64,000 nucleotides of DNA from Amphiscolops sp. MND2022 (taxonomy: Eukaryota), in NCBI GenBank assembly GCA_964187785.1, contig OZ076418.1, positions 40,796,001-40,860,000 on the forward strand, read 5' to 3'. A program made the translations under genes and the position numbers. This document shows positions 51,701 to 64,000 of the stretch, one piece after another. The notes below the pieces were generated by a model. That model ran no database searches. It saw only the letters and a list, made by a program, of their open reading frames with translations, and was not told where the DNA came from. Position 1 is the first letter of the stretch. Each line of letters starts with the position of its first letter.

Positions 51701-54700
51701 AACTGAAAACTGCAGTGAAAAAATCTGTACCGTACGTTAGTTAATCTTTCGACACCTAAGTTTCAAAAAAATCGAAAATAGCAATCACGCCACTGTCTAA
51801 AACTACAAAAGGGGTTGCAGTGGCAGCACTTAAAGAGCAAAAACTGGCGGCTGTTTTCACCTTCTCTGTACCCCCACATTATTCCACTGAGTGGACTCGG
51901 CTGATGAGAAGTGAAAAAACGAAAATTATACTTACCTGTTCTACGCAGTTCATTTATCTTAAGGGCTCCACAGAGGGTTTGATATCGCATAAATAATTTC
52001 AAGAGATCGCTTTATGGAAGCGTGAAGACAAATCAGAAGTTCACCACAGAAATATCTGAGGTGAATGTTGTAGATACTCATGGAAGAAGTCGAACCAGCT
52101 GAAACTTCGTTCATGGCGACTGTTTTCTTCACATACGTTTCACGTACATCCGAATAGGAAAAATGGAGCAACTAACTGTTGAGGTTTGAACCGCGGTCGA
52201 AACTAAATAATTCTAGATATCATGGTAGTCAATAGAATGGCTCCGATACTTCCTTCTCAGAATTTTCAATCAACAAAGAGTCCCGGAAACTTTCATACCC
52301 GTACAGGCCACGGGAAGAAAAGTTTCAACCCTAGTCATAGCAAACAGTAGTTTTACAAGTGCTGAAAAGTTACTTCCATTTTCTAAGGAAGACTCTGCAT
52401 CGCCGACATTTCGCCTAACCACTCACTGTCAACGCAGTGAGAATAGCAAGAAAAAATCCGAAGATAAATTGATCCCGAATTGGCTCCCCATGTTTTAGAC
52501 TGGATACATTTGGTTGGCTGCAACCTTGCGGAATGAGATTGGCGTTCCAAACCTTTCCACCGAAGTTAAGCAAGCCGCCAGTTTGCCTGGCAAGAAGGAG
52601 GAAACAGTTACCACACGGTTCGCAAAAGTCTAAAATATACTAAACTGAAAATTGCAGTGAAAAAATCTGTACCGTACGTTAGTTAATCTTTCGACACCTA
52701 AGTTTCAAAAAAAATCGAAAATAGCGATCACGCCACTGTCTAAAACTACAAAAGGGGTTGCAGTGGCAGCACTTAAAGAGCAAAAACTGGCGGCTGTTTT
52801 CACCTTCTCTGTACCCCCACATTATTCCACTGAGTGGACTCGGCTGATGAGAAGTGAAAAAACGAAAATTATACCTCTTCTACGCAGTTCATTCATCTTA
52901 AGGGCTCCACAGAGGGTTTGATATCGCATAAATAATTTCAAGAGATCGCTTTATGGAAGCGTGAAGACAAATCAGAAGTTCACCACAGAAATATCTGAGG
53001 TGAATGTTGTAGATACTCATGGAAGAAGTCGAACCAGCTGAAACTTCGTTCATGGCGACTGTTTTCTCCACATACGTTTCACGTATATCCGAATAGGAAA
53101 AATGGAGCAACTAACTGTTGAGGTTTGAACCGCGGTCGAAACTAAATTCTAGATATCATGGTAGTCAATAGAATGGCTCCGATACTTCCTTCTCAGAATT
53201 TTCAATCAACAAAGAGTCCCGGAAACTTTCATACCCGTACAGGCCACGGGAAGAAAAGTTTCAACCCTAGTCATAGCAAACAGTAGTTTTACAAGTGCTG
53301 AAAAGTTACTTCCATTTTCTAAGGAAGACTCTGTCTCGCCGACATTTCGCCTAACCACTCACTGTCAACGCAGTGAGAATAGCCAGAAAAAATCCGAAGA
53401 TAAATTGATCCCGAATTGGCTCCCCATGTTTTAGACTGGATACATTTGGTTGGCTGCAACCTTGCGGAATGAGATTGGCCTTCCAAACCTTTCCAACGAA
53501 GTTAAGCAAGCCGCCAGTTTGCCTGGCAAGAAGGAGGAAACAGTTACTACACGGTTCGCAAAAGTCTAAAATATACTAAACTGAAAACTGCAGTGAAAAA
53601 ATCTGTACCGTACGTTAGTTAATCTTTCGACACCTAAGTTTCAAAAAAATCGAAAATAGCAATCACGCCACTGTCTAAAACTACAAAAGGGGTTGCAGTG
53701 GCAGCACTTAAAGAGCAAAAACTGGCGGCTGTTTTCACCTTCTCTGTACCCCCACATTATTCCACTGAGTGGACTCGGCTGATGAGAAGTGAAAAAACGA
53801 AAATTATACTTACCTGTTCTACGCAGTTCATTCATCTTAAGGGCTCCACAGAGGGTTTGTTATCGCATAAATAATTTCAAGAGATCGCTTTATGGAAGCG
53901 TGAAGACAAATCAGAAGTTCACCACAGAAATATCTGAGGTGAATGTTGTAGATACTCATGGAAGAAGTCGAACCAGCTGAAACTTCGTTCATGGCGACTG
54001 TTTTCTTCACATACGTTTCACGTACATCCGAATAGGAAAAATGGAGCAACTAACTGTCGAGGTTTGAACCGCGGTCGAAACTAAATAATTCTAGATATCA
54101 TGGTAGTCAATAGAATGGCTCCGATACTTCCTTCTCAGAATTTTCAATCAACAAAGAGTCCCGGAAACTTTCATACCCGTACAGGCCACGGGAAGAAAAG
54201 TTTCAACCCTAGTCATAGCAAACAGTAGTTTTACAAGTGCTGAAAAGTTACTTCCATTTTCTAAGGAAGACTGTCTCGCCGACATTTCGCCTAACCACTC
54301 ACTGTCAACGCAGTGAGAATAGCAAGAAAAAATCCGAAGATAAATTGATCCCGAATTGGCTCCCCATGTTTTAGACTGGATACATTTGGTTGGCTGCAAC
54401 CTTGCAGAATGAGATTGGCGTTCCAAACCTTTCCACCGAAGTTAAGCAAGCCGCCAGTTTGCCTGGCAAGAAGGAGGAAACAGTTACCACACGGTTCGCA
54501 AAAGTCTAAAATATACTAAACTGAAAACTGCAGTGAAAAAATCTGTACCGTACGTTAGTTAATCTTTCGACACCTAAGTTTCAAAAAAATCGAAAATAGC
54601 AATCACGCCACTGTCTAAAACTACAAAAGGGGTTGCAGTGGCAGCACTTAAAGAGCAAAAACTGGCGGCTGTTTTCACCTTCTCTGTACCCCCACATTAT

Positions 54701-54800
54701 TTCACTGAGTGGACTCGGCTGATGAGACGTGAAAAAATGAAAATTATACTTACCTGTTCTACGCAGTTCATTCATCTTAGGGGCTTCACAGAGGGTTTGA
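48800..54800. repeat. Homogeneous block of about six 'D-type' monomers
   Basis: Shared variants (accgtacgttagttaatc, aactacaaaagggg, gctccccatg, gagattggcgttcc); ORF spacing 941, 940, 942, 939, 939. Confidence 0.82.
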
Positions 54801-57800
54801 TATCGCATAAATATATTTATCAGGTCGCATTTATGGAAGCGTGGAGACAAATCAGAAGTTCAACGCAGAAATAACTGTGGGTGAATGTTGTAGATACTCA
54901 TGAAAGAAATCGAACCAGCTGAAGCTTCGTCCATGGCGATTTTTTTCTTCACAAACGTTTCACGTACATCCGAATAGGAAAGGTAGAGCAACTAACTTTT
55001 TAGGTTTGAAACCGTGCGCGGTCGAAACCAAACAATTCAACAACTTAATATAGTCAATGGAATGGCTCTAATATTCCCTTCTCGGAATGTTTCAATCAAC
55101 AAACAGTCCAGAAAATTTTATAGCCGCACAGGCCAAGAAAAGAATTACAACTCTAGTCATAGCTAACAGTTTTTTCACAAATGCTGAAAATTCACTCCCA
55201 TTTTCCAAGGAAGGCTCTCATGACTCGCCAACACTTCACCTGAACACTCACTTGCAAAGGAGATTTGGCTTCAAACCTTTCCACTGAAGACAAGCTAGCC
55301 GCCAGTTTGCCTGGCAAGAAGGACACAGTTACCGCACGATTCGCAAAAGCCTGCATTAGAATAAACGGAAAACCGGTGTGAAAAAATCTGTACTGGACAT
55401 TAGTAAATCTTTCGACATCTAAGTTTCAAGCAAAGCGAGAACCAGCAATCACGCAATTGCTTAAAATTACGAAAAAACGGATTGCAATGGCAGCATCCAA
55501 AGAGCACAAACTGGCTGCTGTTTTCACCTTTGCTGTAACCCCACATTATTTCACTGAGTGGACTCGGCTGATGAGATGTGGAAAAAAATTGTACTTACCT
55601 GATCCGCGCAGTTCATTAATCTTTGGGGCTTCAGAGAGCAATCATATAAATAATTTTATCAGGTCGCATTCAAGGAAGCGTGAAGACAAATAAGTTCACC
55701 GCAGAAATAACTGTAGGTGAATGTTGTAGATACTCATGAAAGAAATCGAGCCAGCTGAAGCTTCGTCCATGGCGACTTTTTTCACAAACATTTCACGTAC
55801 ATTCGAATAGGAAAGATGGAGCAACTAACTGTTGAGGTTTGAACCGCGGTCGAAACCAAATAATTCTGCAACTTCTAATAGTCAATGGAATGGCTCTGAT
55901 ACTCCTTTCTCGGAATGTTTCAATCAACAAACATTCCAGGAAATTTTATAGCCGCACAGGCCATGGAAAGAAAAAGTTAGTACTCTGGACATAGAACAGT
56001 ATTTTTTACAAATGCTGAAAATTTACTCCCATTTTTCAAGGAAGGCTCTCATGTCTCGCCAACAATTTACCTGAACACTCACTGTCTTCGAAGTGAGAAT
56101 AACTAGAAAAACACTGAAGAAATTTCAGTTCGAATTGACTTCCCATGTTTTAGTCTGGATATATATTATTGGCTACAACCTTGCAGAATGATATTTGCCT
56201 TTCAAACCTTTCCACCGAAGTTTAGCTAGCCGCCAATTTGCCAGGCAAGAATGAGGACACACATGCCACACGATTCGCAAAAGCCTGAATTAGAATAAAC
56301 TGAAAACTGGTGTAAAAAAATCCGTACTGGACATTAGTAAATCTTTCGACATCTAAGCTTCAATCAAAGCGAAAACAGCAATCACGCAATTGCTTAAAAT
56401 TACAAAAAAACGGGTTGCAATGGCAGCATCTAAAGAGCACAAACTGGCTGCTGTTTTCACCTTCTCTGTACTCCCACATTACTTCACTGAGTGGACTCGG
56501 CTGATGACATGTGGATAATTATACTAACCTGATCTGCGCAATTCATTCTTCGTTCGGGCTTCTCAGAGGGTTTGATATCAGAAACAATTTTATCAGGTAG
56601 CATTTAGGGAAGCGTGAAGACGAATCAGAAGTTCACAACAAAAAACTGCAGGTTAATGTTGTAGATACTCATGGAAGAAATCGAACGAAACGCTGAAACT
56701 TCGTTCATGGCGACTTTTCCCTTCAAATACGTTTCACGAACATCAGAATAGTAAAGATAGAACAACTAACTGTTTAGTTTTGAACTGCGGTCGAAACCAA
56801 ATGATTCTACAGCTTATGATAATTAGTAGAATGGCTCCGATACTCCTTTCTCGGAATGTTTCAATCATCAAACAGTCCCGGAAAAATCTATAACCGTACA
56901 GGCCACGGGAAGAAAAAATACTGGTCATAGCAAAAGTATTTTTACAAATGCTGAAAAATTACTCCCAATTTCCAAGGAAGTGAGAAAAACTAGAGAAACA
57001 CCGGAGAAAAATTGAGTCCGAATTGGCTTCCCATGTTTTAGACTGGAAACATATGGTTGGCTGCAACCTTGCAGAATGATATTTGCCTTTCAAACGTTTC
57101 CACAGAGGTTTAGCTAGCCGCCAATTTGCCAGGCAAGAAGGAAGACACGCTTACCACACGATTCGCAAAAGCCTGAATTAGAATAAACTAAAAACTGGTG
57201 TGAAAAAATCCGTACTGGACATTAGTAAATCTTTCGACATCTAAGTTTCAAGCAAAGCGAGAACAGCAATCACGCAATTGCTTAAAATTATAAAAAAACG
57301 GATTGCAATGGCAGCATCCAAAGAGCACAATCTGGCTGCTGTTTTCACCTTTGCTGTAACCCCACATTATTTCACTGAGTGGACTCGGCTGACGAGATGT
57401 GGAAAAAAATTATACTTACCTGATCAGCGCAGGTCTTTAATCTTTAGAGCTCCACAGAGGGTTTGATATCATATAAACAATTTTGTCAGGTCGCATTTGG
57501 GGAAGCGTGAAGACAAATCAGATGTTCACCACAAAAATAACTGCAGGTGAATGTTGTAGGTATTCAAGAAACCGAACGAAAAGCTGAAACTTCGTTCATG
57601 GCGACTTCTCCCTTCAAATACGTTTCACGAACATCAGAATAGTAAAGATAGAACAACTAACTGTTTAGTTTTGAACTGCGGTCGAAACCAAATGATTCTA
57701 CAGCTTATGATAATTAGTAGAATGGCTCCGATACTCCCTTCTCGGAATGTTTCAATCATCAAACAGTCCCGGAAAAATCTATAACCGTACAGGCCACGGG

Positions 57801-60800
57801 AAGAAAAAATACTGGTCATAGCAAAAGTATTTTTACAAATGCTGAAAAATTACTCCCATTTTCCAAGGAAGTGAGAAAAACTAGAGAAACACCGGAGAAA
57901 AATTGAGTCCGAATTGGCTTCCCATGTTTTAGACTGGAAACATATGGTTGGCTGCAACCTTGCAGAATGATATTTGCCTTTCAAACGTTTCCACAGAGGT
58001 TTAGCTAGCCGCCAATTTGCCAGGCAAGAAGGAAGACACGCTTACCACACGATTCGCAAAAGCCTGAATTAGAATAAAATAAATACTGGTGTGAAAAAAT
58101 CCGTACTGGACATTAGTAAATCTTTCGACCTGATCCGCGCAGTTCATTAATCTTTGGGGCTTCAGAGAGCAATCATATAAATAATTATATCAGGTCGCAT
58201 TCAAGGAAGCGTGAAGACAAAGAAGTTCACCACAGAAATAACTGTAGGTGAATGTTGTAGATACTCATGAAAGAAATCAAGCCAGCTGAAGCTTCGTCCA
58301 TGGCGACTTTTTTCACAAACATTTCACGTACATTCGAATAGGAAAGATGGAGCAACTAACTGTTAAGGTTTGAATTGCGGTCGAAACCAAATAATTCTGC
58401 AACTTCTAATAGTCAATGGAATGGCTCTGATACTCCTTTCTCGGAATGTTTCAATCAACACACATTCCAGGAAATTTTATAGCCGCACAGGCCATGGAAA
58501 GAAAAAGTTAGTACTCTAGACATAGAACAGTATTTTTACAAATGCTGAAAAGTTACTCCCATTTTTCAAGGAAGGCTCTCATGTCTCGTCAACACTTTAC
58601 CTGAACACTCACTGTCTTCGAAGTGAGAATAACTAGAAAAACACTGAAGAAATTTCAATTCGAATTGGCTTCCCATGTTTTAGACTGGATATATATTATT
58701 GGCTACAACCTTGCAGAATGATATTTGCCTTTCAAACGTTTCCACCGAAGTTTAGCTAGCCGCCAATTTGCCAGGCAAGAAGGAAGACACGCTTACCACA
58801 CGATTCGCAAAAACCTGAATTAGAATAAACTAAAAACTGGTGTGAAAAAATCCGTACTGGACATCAGTAAGTTTTTCGACATCTAAGTTTCAAGCAAAGC
58901 GAGAACAGCAATCACGCAATTGCTTAAAATTATAAAAAAAAAACGGATTGCAATGGCAGCAACCAAAGAGCACAATCTGGCTGCTGTTTTCACCTTTGCT
59001 GTAACCCCACATTACTTCACTGAGTGGACTCGGCTGACGAGATGTGGAAAAAAATTATACTTACCTGATCAGCGCAGGTCTTTAATCTTTAGAGCTCCAC
59101 AGAGGGTTTGATATCATATAAACAATTTTGTCAGGTCGCATTTGGGGAAGCGTGAAGACAAATCAGATGTTCACCACAAAAATAACTGCAGGTGAATGCT
59201 GTAGGTATTCAAGAAACCGAACGAAAAGCTGAAACTTCGTTCATGGCGACTTCTCCCTTCAAATACGTTTCACGAACATCAGAATAGTACAGATAGAACA
59301 AATAACTGTTTAGTTTTGAACTGCGGTCGAAACCAAACATTTCTAGAGCTTATGATAATTAGTAGAATGGCTCCGATACTCCCTTCTCGGAATGTTTCAT
59401 TCATCAAACAGTCCCGGAAAAATCTATAACCGTACAGGCCACGGGAAGAAAAAAATACTGGTCATAGCAAAAGTATTTTTACGAATGCCGAAAAATTACT
59501 CCCATTTTCCAAGGAAGGCTCTAATTTCTCGCCAACACTTCGCCTGAACACTCACTGTCATCGAAGTGAGAATAGCTAGAAAAACTCCAAAGAAAAATTG
59601 AGCCCGAATTGCATTTCCATGTTTTAGATCGGTTACATATGGTTGGCTGCAACCTTGCGGAATGAGATTTGCGTTTCAAACCTTTCCACCGAAGTTAAGT
59701 AAGCCGCCAGTTTGCCTGGCAAGAAGGAGGACACAGTTACCACACGATTTGCAAAAGTCTAAATTATACTAAACTGAAAACTGCAGTGAAAAAAGCTGTA
59801 CAGTACGTTAGTAAATCTTTCGACACCTAAATTTCAAACAAAGCGAAAATAGCTATCACGCCACTGCTTGAAAGTACAAATGAGGTTGCCGTAGCAGCAT
59901 TTAAGCAGCAAAAACTGGCTGCTGTTCTCACATTCTCTGTACTTTCGAGATTTCACTGAGTGAACTCGGCTGATGAGACGTGAAAAAATGAAAACTATAC
60001 TTACCTGATCTGCGCAGGTCATTCATCTTTAGAGCTCCACAGAGGGTTTGATTTCATATAATTTCATCAGGTCGCATTTATGAAAGCGTGAAGACAAACA
60101 GCAGTTCACCACAGAAATAACTGCAGGTGAATGTTGTAGATACTCATGAAAGAAATCGAACCAGCTGGAACTTCGTTCAGGGCGATTGTTTCCTTCACAT
60201 ACGTTTCACGTACATCCGAATATGAAAGATAGAGCAACTAACTGTCTAGGTTTGAACGGCGGTCGGAACCAAATAATTCTACAACTTATGATAGTCAATA
60301 GAATGGCGGCTACGATACTCCCTTCTCGGAATGTTTCAATCAACAAACATACCCGGAAATTTTCATAACCGTACAGGTCACGGGAAGGAAAAGTTACTAG
60401 TCATAGCAAACAGTTTTTTTAGATGCTGAAAACTTACTCCCCTTTTCCAAGAAAGCTTCTCATGTCTCGCCAACACTTCGCCTGAACATTCACTGTCACC
60501 GAAGTGAGAAAAACTAGAGAGACTCTGGAGAAAAATTGAGTCCGAATTGGCTTTCCATGTTTTAGACTGGATATGTATTATTGGGTGCAACCTTGCAGAA
60601 TTACATTTGCCTTTCAAACCTTTCCACCGAAGTTTAGCTAGCCGCCAAATTGCCAGGCAAGAAGGAGGATACACTTACCACACGATTCGCAGAAGCCTGA
60701 ATTAAAATAAACTGAACGCTGGTGTGAAAAAATCCGTACTGGACATCAGTAAATCTTTCGACATCTAAGTTTCAATCAAAGCGAAAACAGCAATCACGCA

Positions 60801-63800
60801 ATTGCTTAAAATTACAAAAAACGGGTTGCAATGGCAGCTTCTAAAGAGCACAAACGGGCTGCTTTCACCTTCTCTGTACTCCCACATTACTTCACTGAGT
60901 GGACTCGGCTGATGAGATGTGAAAAAAATTATACTTACCTGATCTGCGCAGGTCATTCATCTTTGGAGCTCCACAGAGGGTTTGATTTCATATAATTTCA
61001 TCAGGTCGCATTTATGAAAGCGTAAAGACAAACAGCAGTTCACCACAGAAAAAACTGCAGGTGAATGTTGTAGATACTCATGAAAGAAATCGAACCAGCT
61101 GGAACTTCGTTCATGGCGACTTTTTCCTTCACATACGTTTCACGTACATCCGAATATGAAAGATAGAGCAACTAACTGTTTAGGTTTGAACCGCGGTCGG
61201 AACCAAATAAGTCTACAACTTATGATAGTCAATAGAATGGCGGCTCCGATACTCCCTTCTCGGAATGTTTCAATCAACAAACAATCCCGGATATTTTCAT
61301 AACCGTACAGGTCACGGGAAGGAAAAGTTACTACTCTAGTCATAGCAAACAGTATTTTTACAATTGCTGGAAATTTACTCCCATTTTCCAAGGAAGGCTC
61401 TAATTTCTCGCCAACACTTCGCCTGAACACTCACTGTCATCGAAGTGAGAAAAACTAGAGAGACTCTGGAGAAAAATTGAGTCCGAATTGGCTTTCCATG
61501 TTTTAGACTGGATATGTATTATTGGGTGCAACCTTGCAGAATGACATTTGCCTTTCAAACCTTTCCACCGAAGTTTAGCTAGCCGCCAAATTGCCAGGCA
61601 AGAAGGAGGATACACTTACCACACGATTCGCAAAAGCCTGAATTAAAATAAACTGAACGCTGGTGTGAAAAAATCCGTACTGGACATCAGTAAATCTTTC
61701 GACATCTAAGTTTCAATCAAAGCGAAAACAGCAATCACGCAATTGCTTAAAATTACAAAAAACGGGTTGCAATGGCAGCTTCTAAAGAGCACAAACGGGC
61801 TGCTGTTTTCACCTTCTCTGTACCTCCACATTATTTCACTGAGTGGACTCGTCTGATGAGATGTGAAAAAAAATTATACTAACCTGATCTGCGCAATTCA
61901 ATCATCGTTAGGGCTTCTCAGAGGGTTTGATATCATAAACAATTTTATCAGGTCGCATTTAGAGAAGCGTGAAGACAAATCAGAAGTTCACCACAAAAAT
62001 AACTGCAGGTGTATGTTGTATATACCCATGGAAGAAATCGAACCAGCTGAAACTTCGTTCATGGCGACTTTTTCCTTCACATACGTTTCACGTACATCCG
62101 AATATGAAAGATAGAGCAACTAACTGTTTAGGTTTGAACCGCGGTCGGAACCAAATAAGTCTACAACTTATGATAGTCAATAGAATGGCGGCTCCGATAC
62201 TCCCTTCTCGGAATGTTTCAATCAACAAACAATCCCGGATATTTTCATAACCGTACAGGTCACGGGAAGGAAAAGTTACTACTCTAGTCATAGCAAACAG
62301 TATTTTTACAATTGCTGGAAATTTACTCCCAGTTTTCAAGGAAGGCTCTGATGTCTCGCCAACAATTCGCGTGAACGCTCACTGTCATCGAAGTGAGAAT
62401 AGCTAGAAAAACTCCAAAGAAAAATTGAGCCCGAATTGCATTTCCATGTTTTAGATCGGTTACATATGGTTGGCTGCAACCTTGCGGAATGAGATTTGCG
62501 TTTCAAACCTTTCCACCGAAGTTAAGTAAGCCGCCAGTTTGCCTGGCAAGAAGGAGGACACAGTTACCACACGATTTGCAAAAGTCTAAAATATACTAAA
62601 CAGAACTGCAGTGAAAAAAGCTGTACAGTACGTTAGTAAATCTTTCGACACCTAAATTTCAAACAAAGCGAAAATAGCTATCACGCCACTGCTTGAAAGT
62701 ACAAATGAGGTTGCCGTAGCAGCATTTAAGCAGCAAAAACTGGCTGCTGTTCTCACATTCTCTGTACTTTCGAGATTTCACTGAGTGAACTCGGCTGATG
62801 AGACGTGAAAAAATGAAAACTACACTTACCTGATCTGCGCAGGTCATTCATCTATAGAGCTCCACAGAGGGTTTGATTTCATATAATTTCATCAGGTCGC
62901 ATTTATGAAAGCGTGAAGACAAACAGCAGTTCACCACAGAAACAACTGCAGGTGAATGTTGTAGATACTCATGAAAGAAATCGAACCAGCTGGAACTTCG
63001 TTCATGGCGACTTTTTCCTTCACATACGTTTCACGTACATCCGAATATGAAAGATAGAGCAACTAACTGTTTAGGTTTGAACCGCGGTCGGAACCAAACA
63101 ATTCTACAACTTATGATAGTCAATAGAATGGTGGCTCCGATACTCCCTTCTCGGAATGTTTCAATCAACAAACAATCCCGGATATTTTCATAACCGTACA
63201 GGTCACGGGAAGGAAAAGTTACAACTCTAGTCATAGCAAACAGTATTTTTACAATTGCTGGAAATTTACTCCCAGTTTTCAAGGAAGGCTCCGATGTCTC
63301 GCCAACAATTCGCGTGAACGCTCACTGTCATCGAAGTGAGAATAGCTAGAAAAACTCCAAAGAAAAATTGAGCCCGAATTGCATTTCCATGTTTTAGATC
63401 GGTTACATATGGTTGGCTGCAACCTTGCGGAATGAGATTTGCGTTTCAAACCTTTCCACCGAAGTTAAGTAAGCCGCCAGTTTGCCTGGCAAGAAGGAGG
63501 ACACAGTTACCACACGATTTGCAAAAGTCTAAATTATACTAAACTGAAAACTGCAGTGAAAAAAGCTGTACAGTACGTTAGTAAATCTTTCGACACCTAA
63601 ATTTCAAACAAAGCGAAAATAGCTATCACGCCACTGCTTGAAAGTACAAATGAGGTTGCCGTAGCAGCATTTAAGCAGCAAAAACTGGCTGCTGTTCACA
63701 CATTCTCTGTACTTTCGAGATTTCACTGAGTGAACTCGGCTGATGAGACGTGAAAAAATGAAAACTATACTTACCTGATCTGCGCAGGTCATTCATCTTT

Positions 63801-64000
63801 AGAGCTCCACAGAGGGTTTGATTTCATATAATTTCATCAGGTCGCATTTATGAAAGCGTGAAGACAAACAGCAGTTCACCACAGAAATAACTGCAGGTGA
63901 ATGTTGTAGATACTCATGAAAGAAATCGAACCAGCTGGAACTTCGTTCATGGCGACTTTTTCCTTCACATACGTTTCACGTACATCCGAATATGAAAGAT
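54800..64000. repeat. Right, more diverged domain of the array
   Basis: Distinct variants (tttagctagccgcc, aaagcctgaattagaataaac), deletions at ~55258, 56980, 57871, 58129; an ~890-bp unit duplicated at 56743/57634; near-identical monomers again at 62.3-64 kb. Confidence 0.75.

Larger units (their letters stand above)
3490..64000. repeat. Tandem array (satellite-like) of a ~940-bp monomer, about 64 copies, head-to-tail, continuing past the window end
   Basis: Landmarks (ccaccgaagttaagcaagccgccagtttgcctggcaag; atacttacctg; gaatgttgtagatactcatg; tacgtttcacgtacatccga) recur about every 938-943 bp, e.g. identical ORFs at 18703/19645 and 49136/50077/51017. Left edge is degenerate, so the start is approximate. 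Confidence 0.97.

Noticed and set aside
3424-63792. About 200 short ORFs (60-137 aa) on both strands inside the array
   Set aside because: They recur with the monomer, overlap on both strands, and gain or lose stops and frames through A-run length changes; no recognisable domain.
3490-64000. CRISPR-like or rDNA/histone gene array
   Set aside because: No short repeat with unique spacers, and no rRNA, tRNA or histone sequence recognisable in the monomer.

Overview
Eukaryotic (probably invertebrate animal) repetitive DNA with no supportable host protein gene. The window opens inside a CRE-clade non-LTR retrotransposon (RT plus restriction-like endonuclease, ORF 301-2844, 5' part frameshifted). 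After about 640 bp of unique sequence, a head-to-tail tandem array of a ~940-bp monomer (about 64 copies by my count of one landmark motif) runs from ~3.5 kb to the window end. The array is layered: diverged, indel-rich monomers at both ends, more homogeneous blocks and 2-, 3- and 4-monomer duplications in the middle. It is interrupted by a ~330-bp LTR-like insertion (9.08-9.41 kb) and a dead, 5'-truncated CR1-group LINE (45.32-48.01 kb). Nearly all short ORFs in the track are chance frames repeated with the monomer. The most notable signal is a 35-nt GT-AG intron-like segment on the minus strand of the monomer: one copy lacks it exactly, and several other rearrangements break inside it. A 16-nt 5S-rRNA-like core on the opposite strand and a Helitron-like CTRR|TC junction are also present. 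These are competing, unproven hypotheses for the origin of the repeat.
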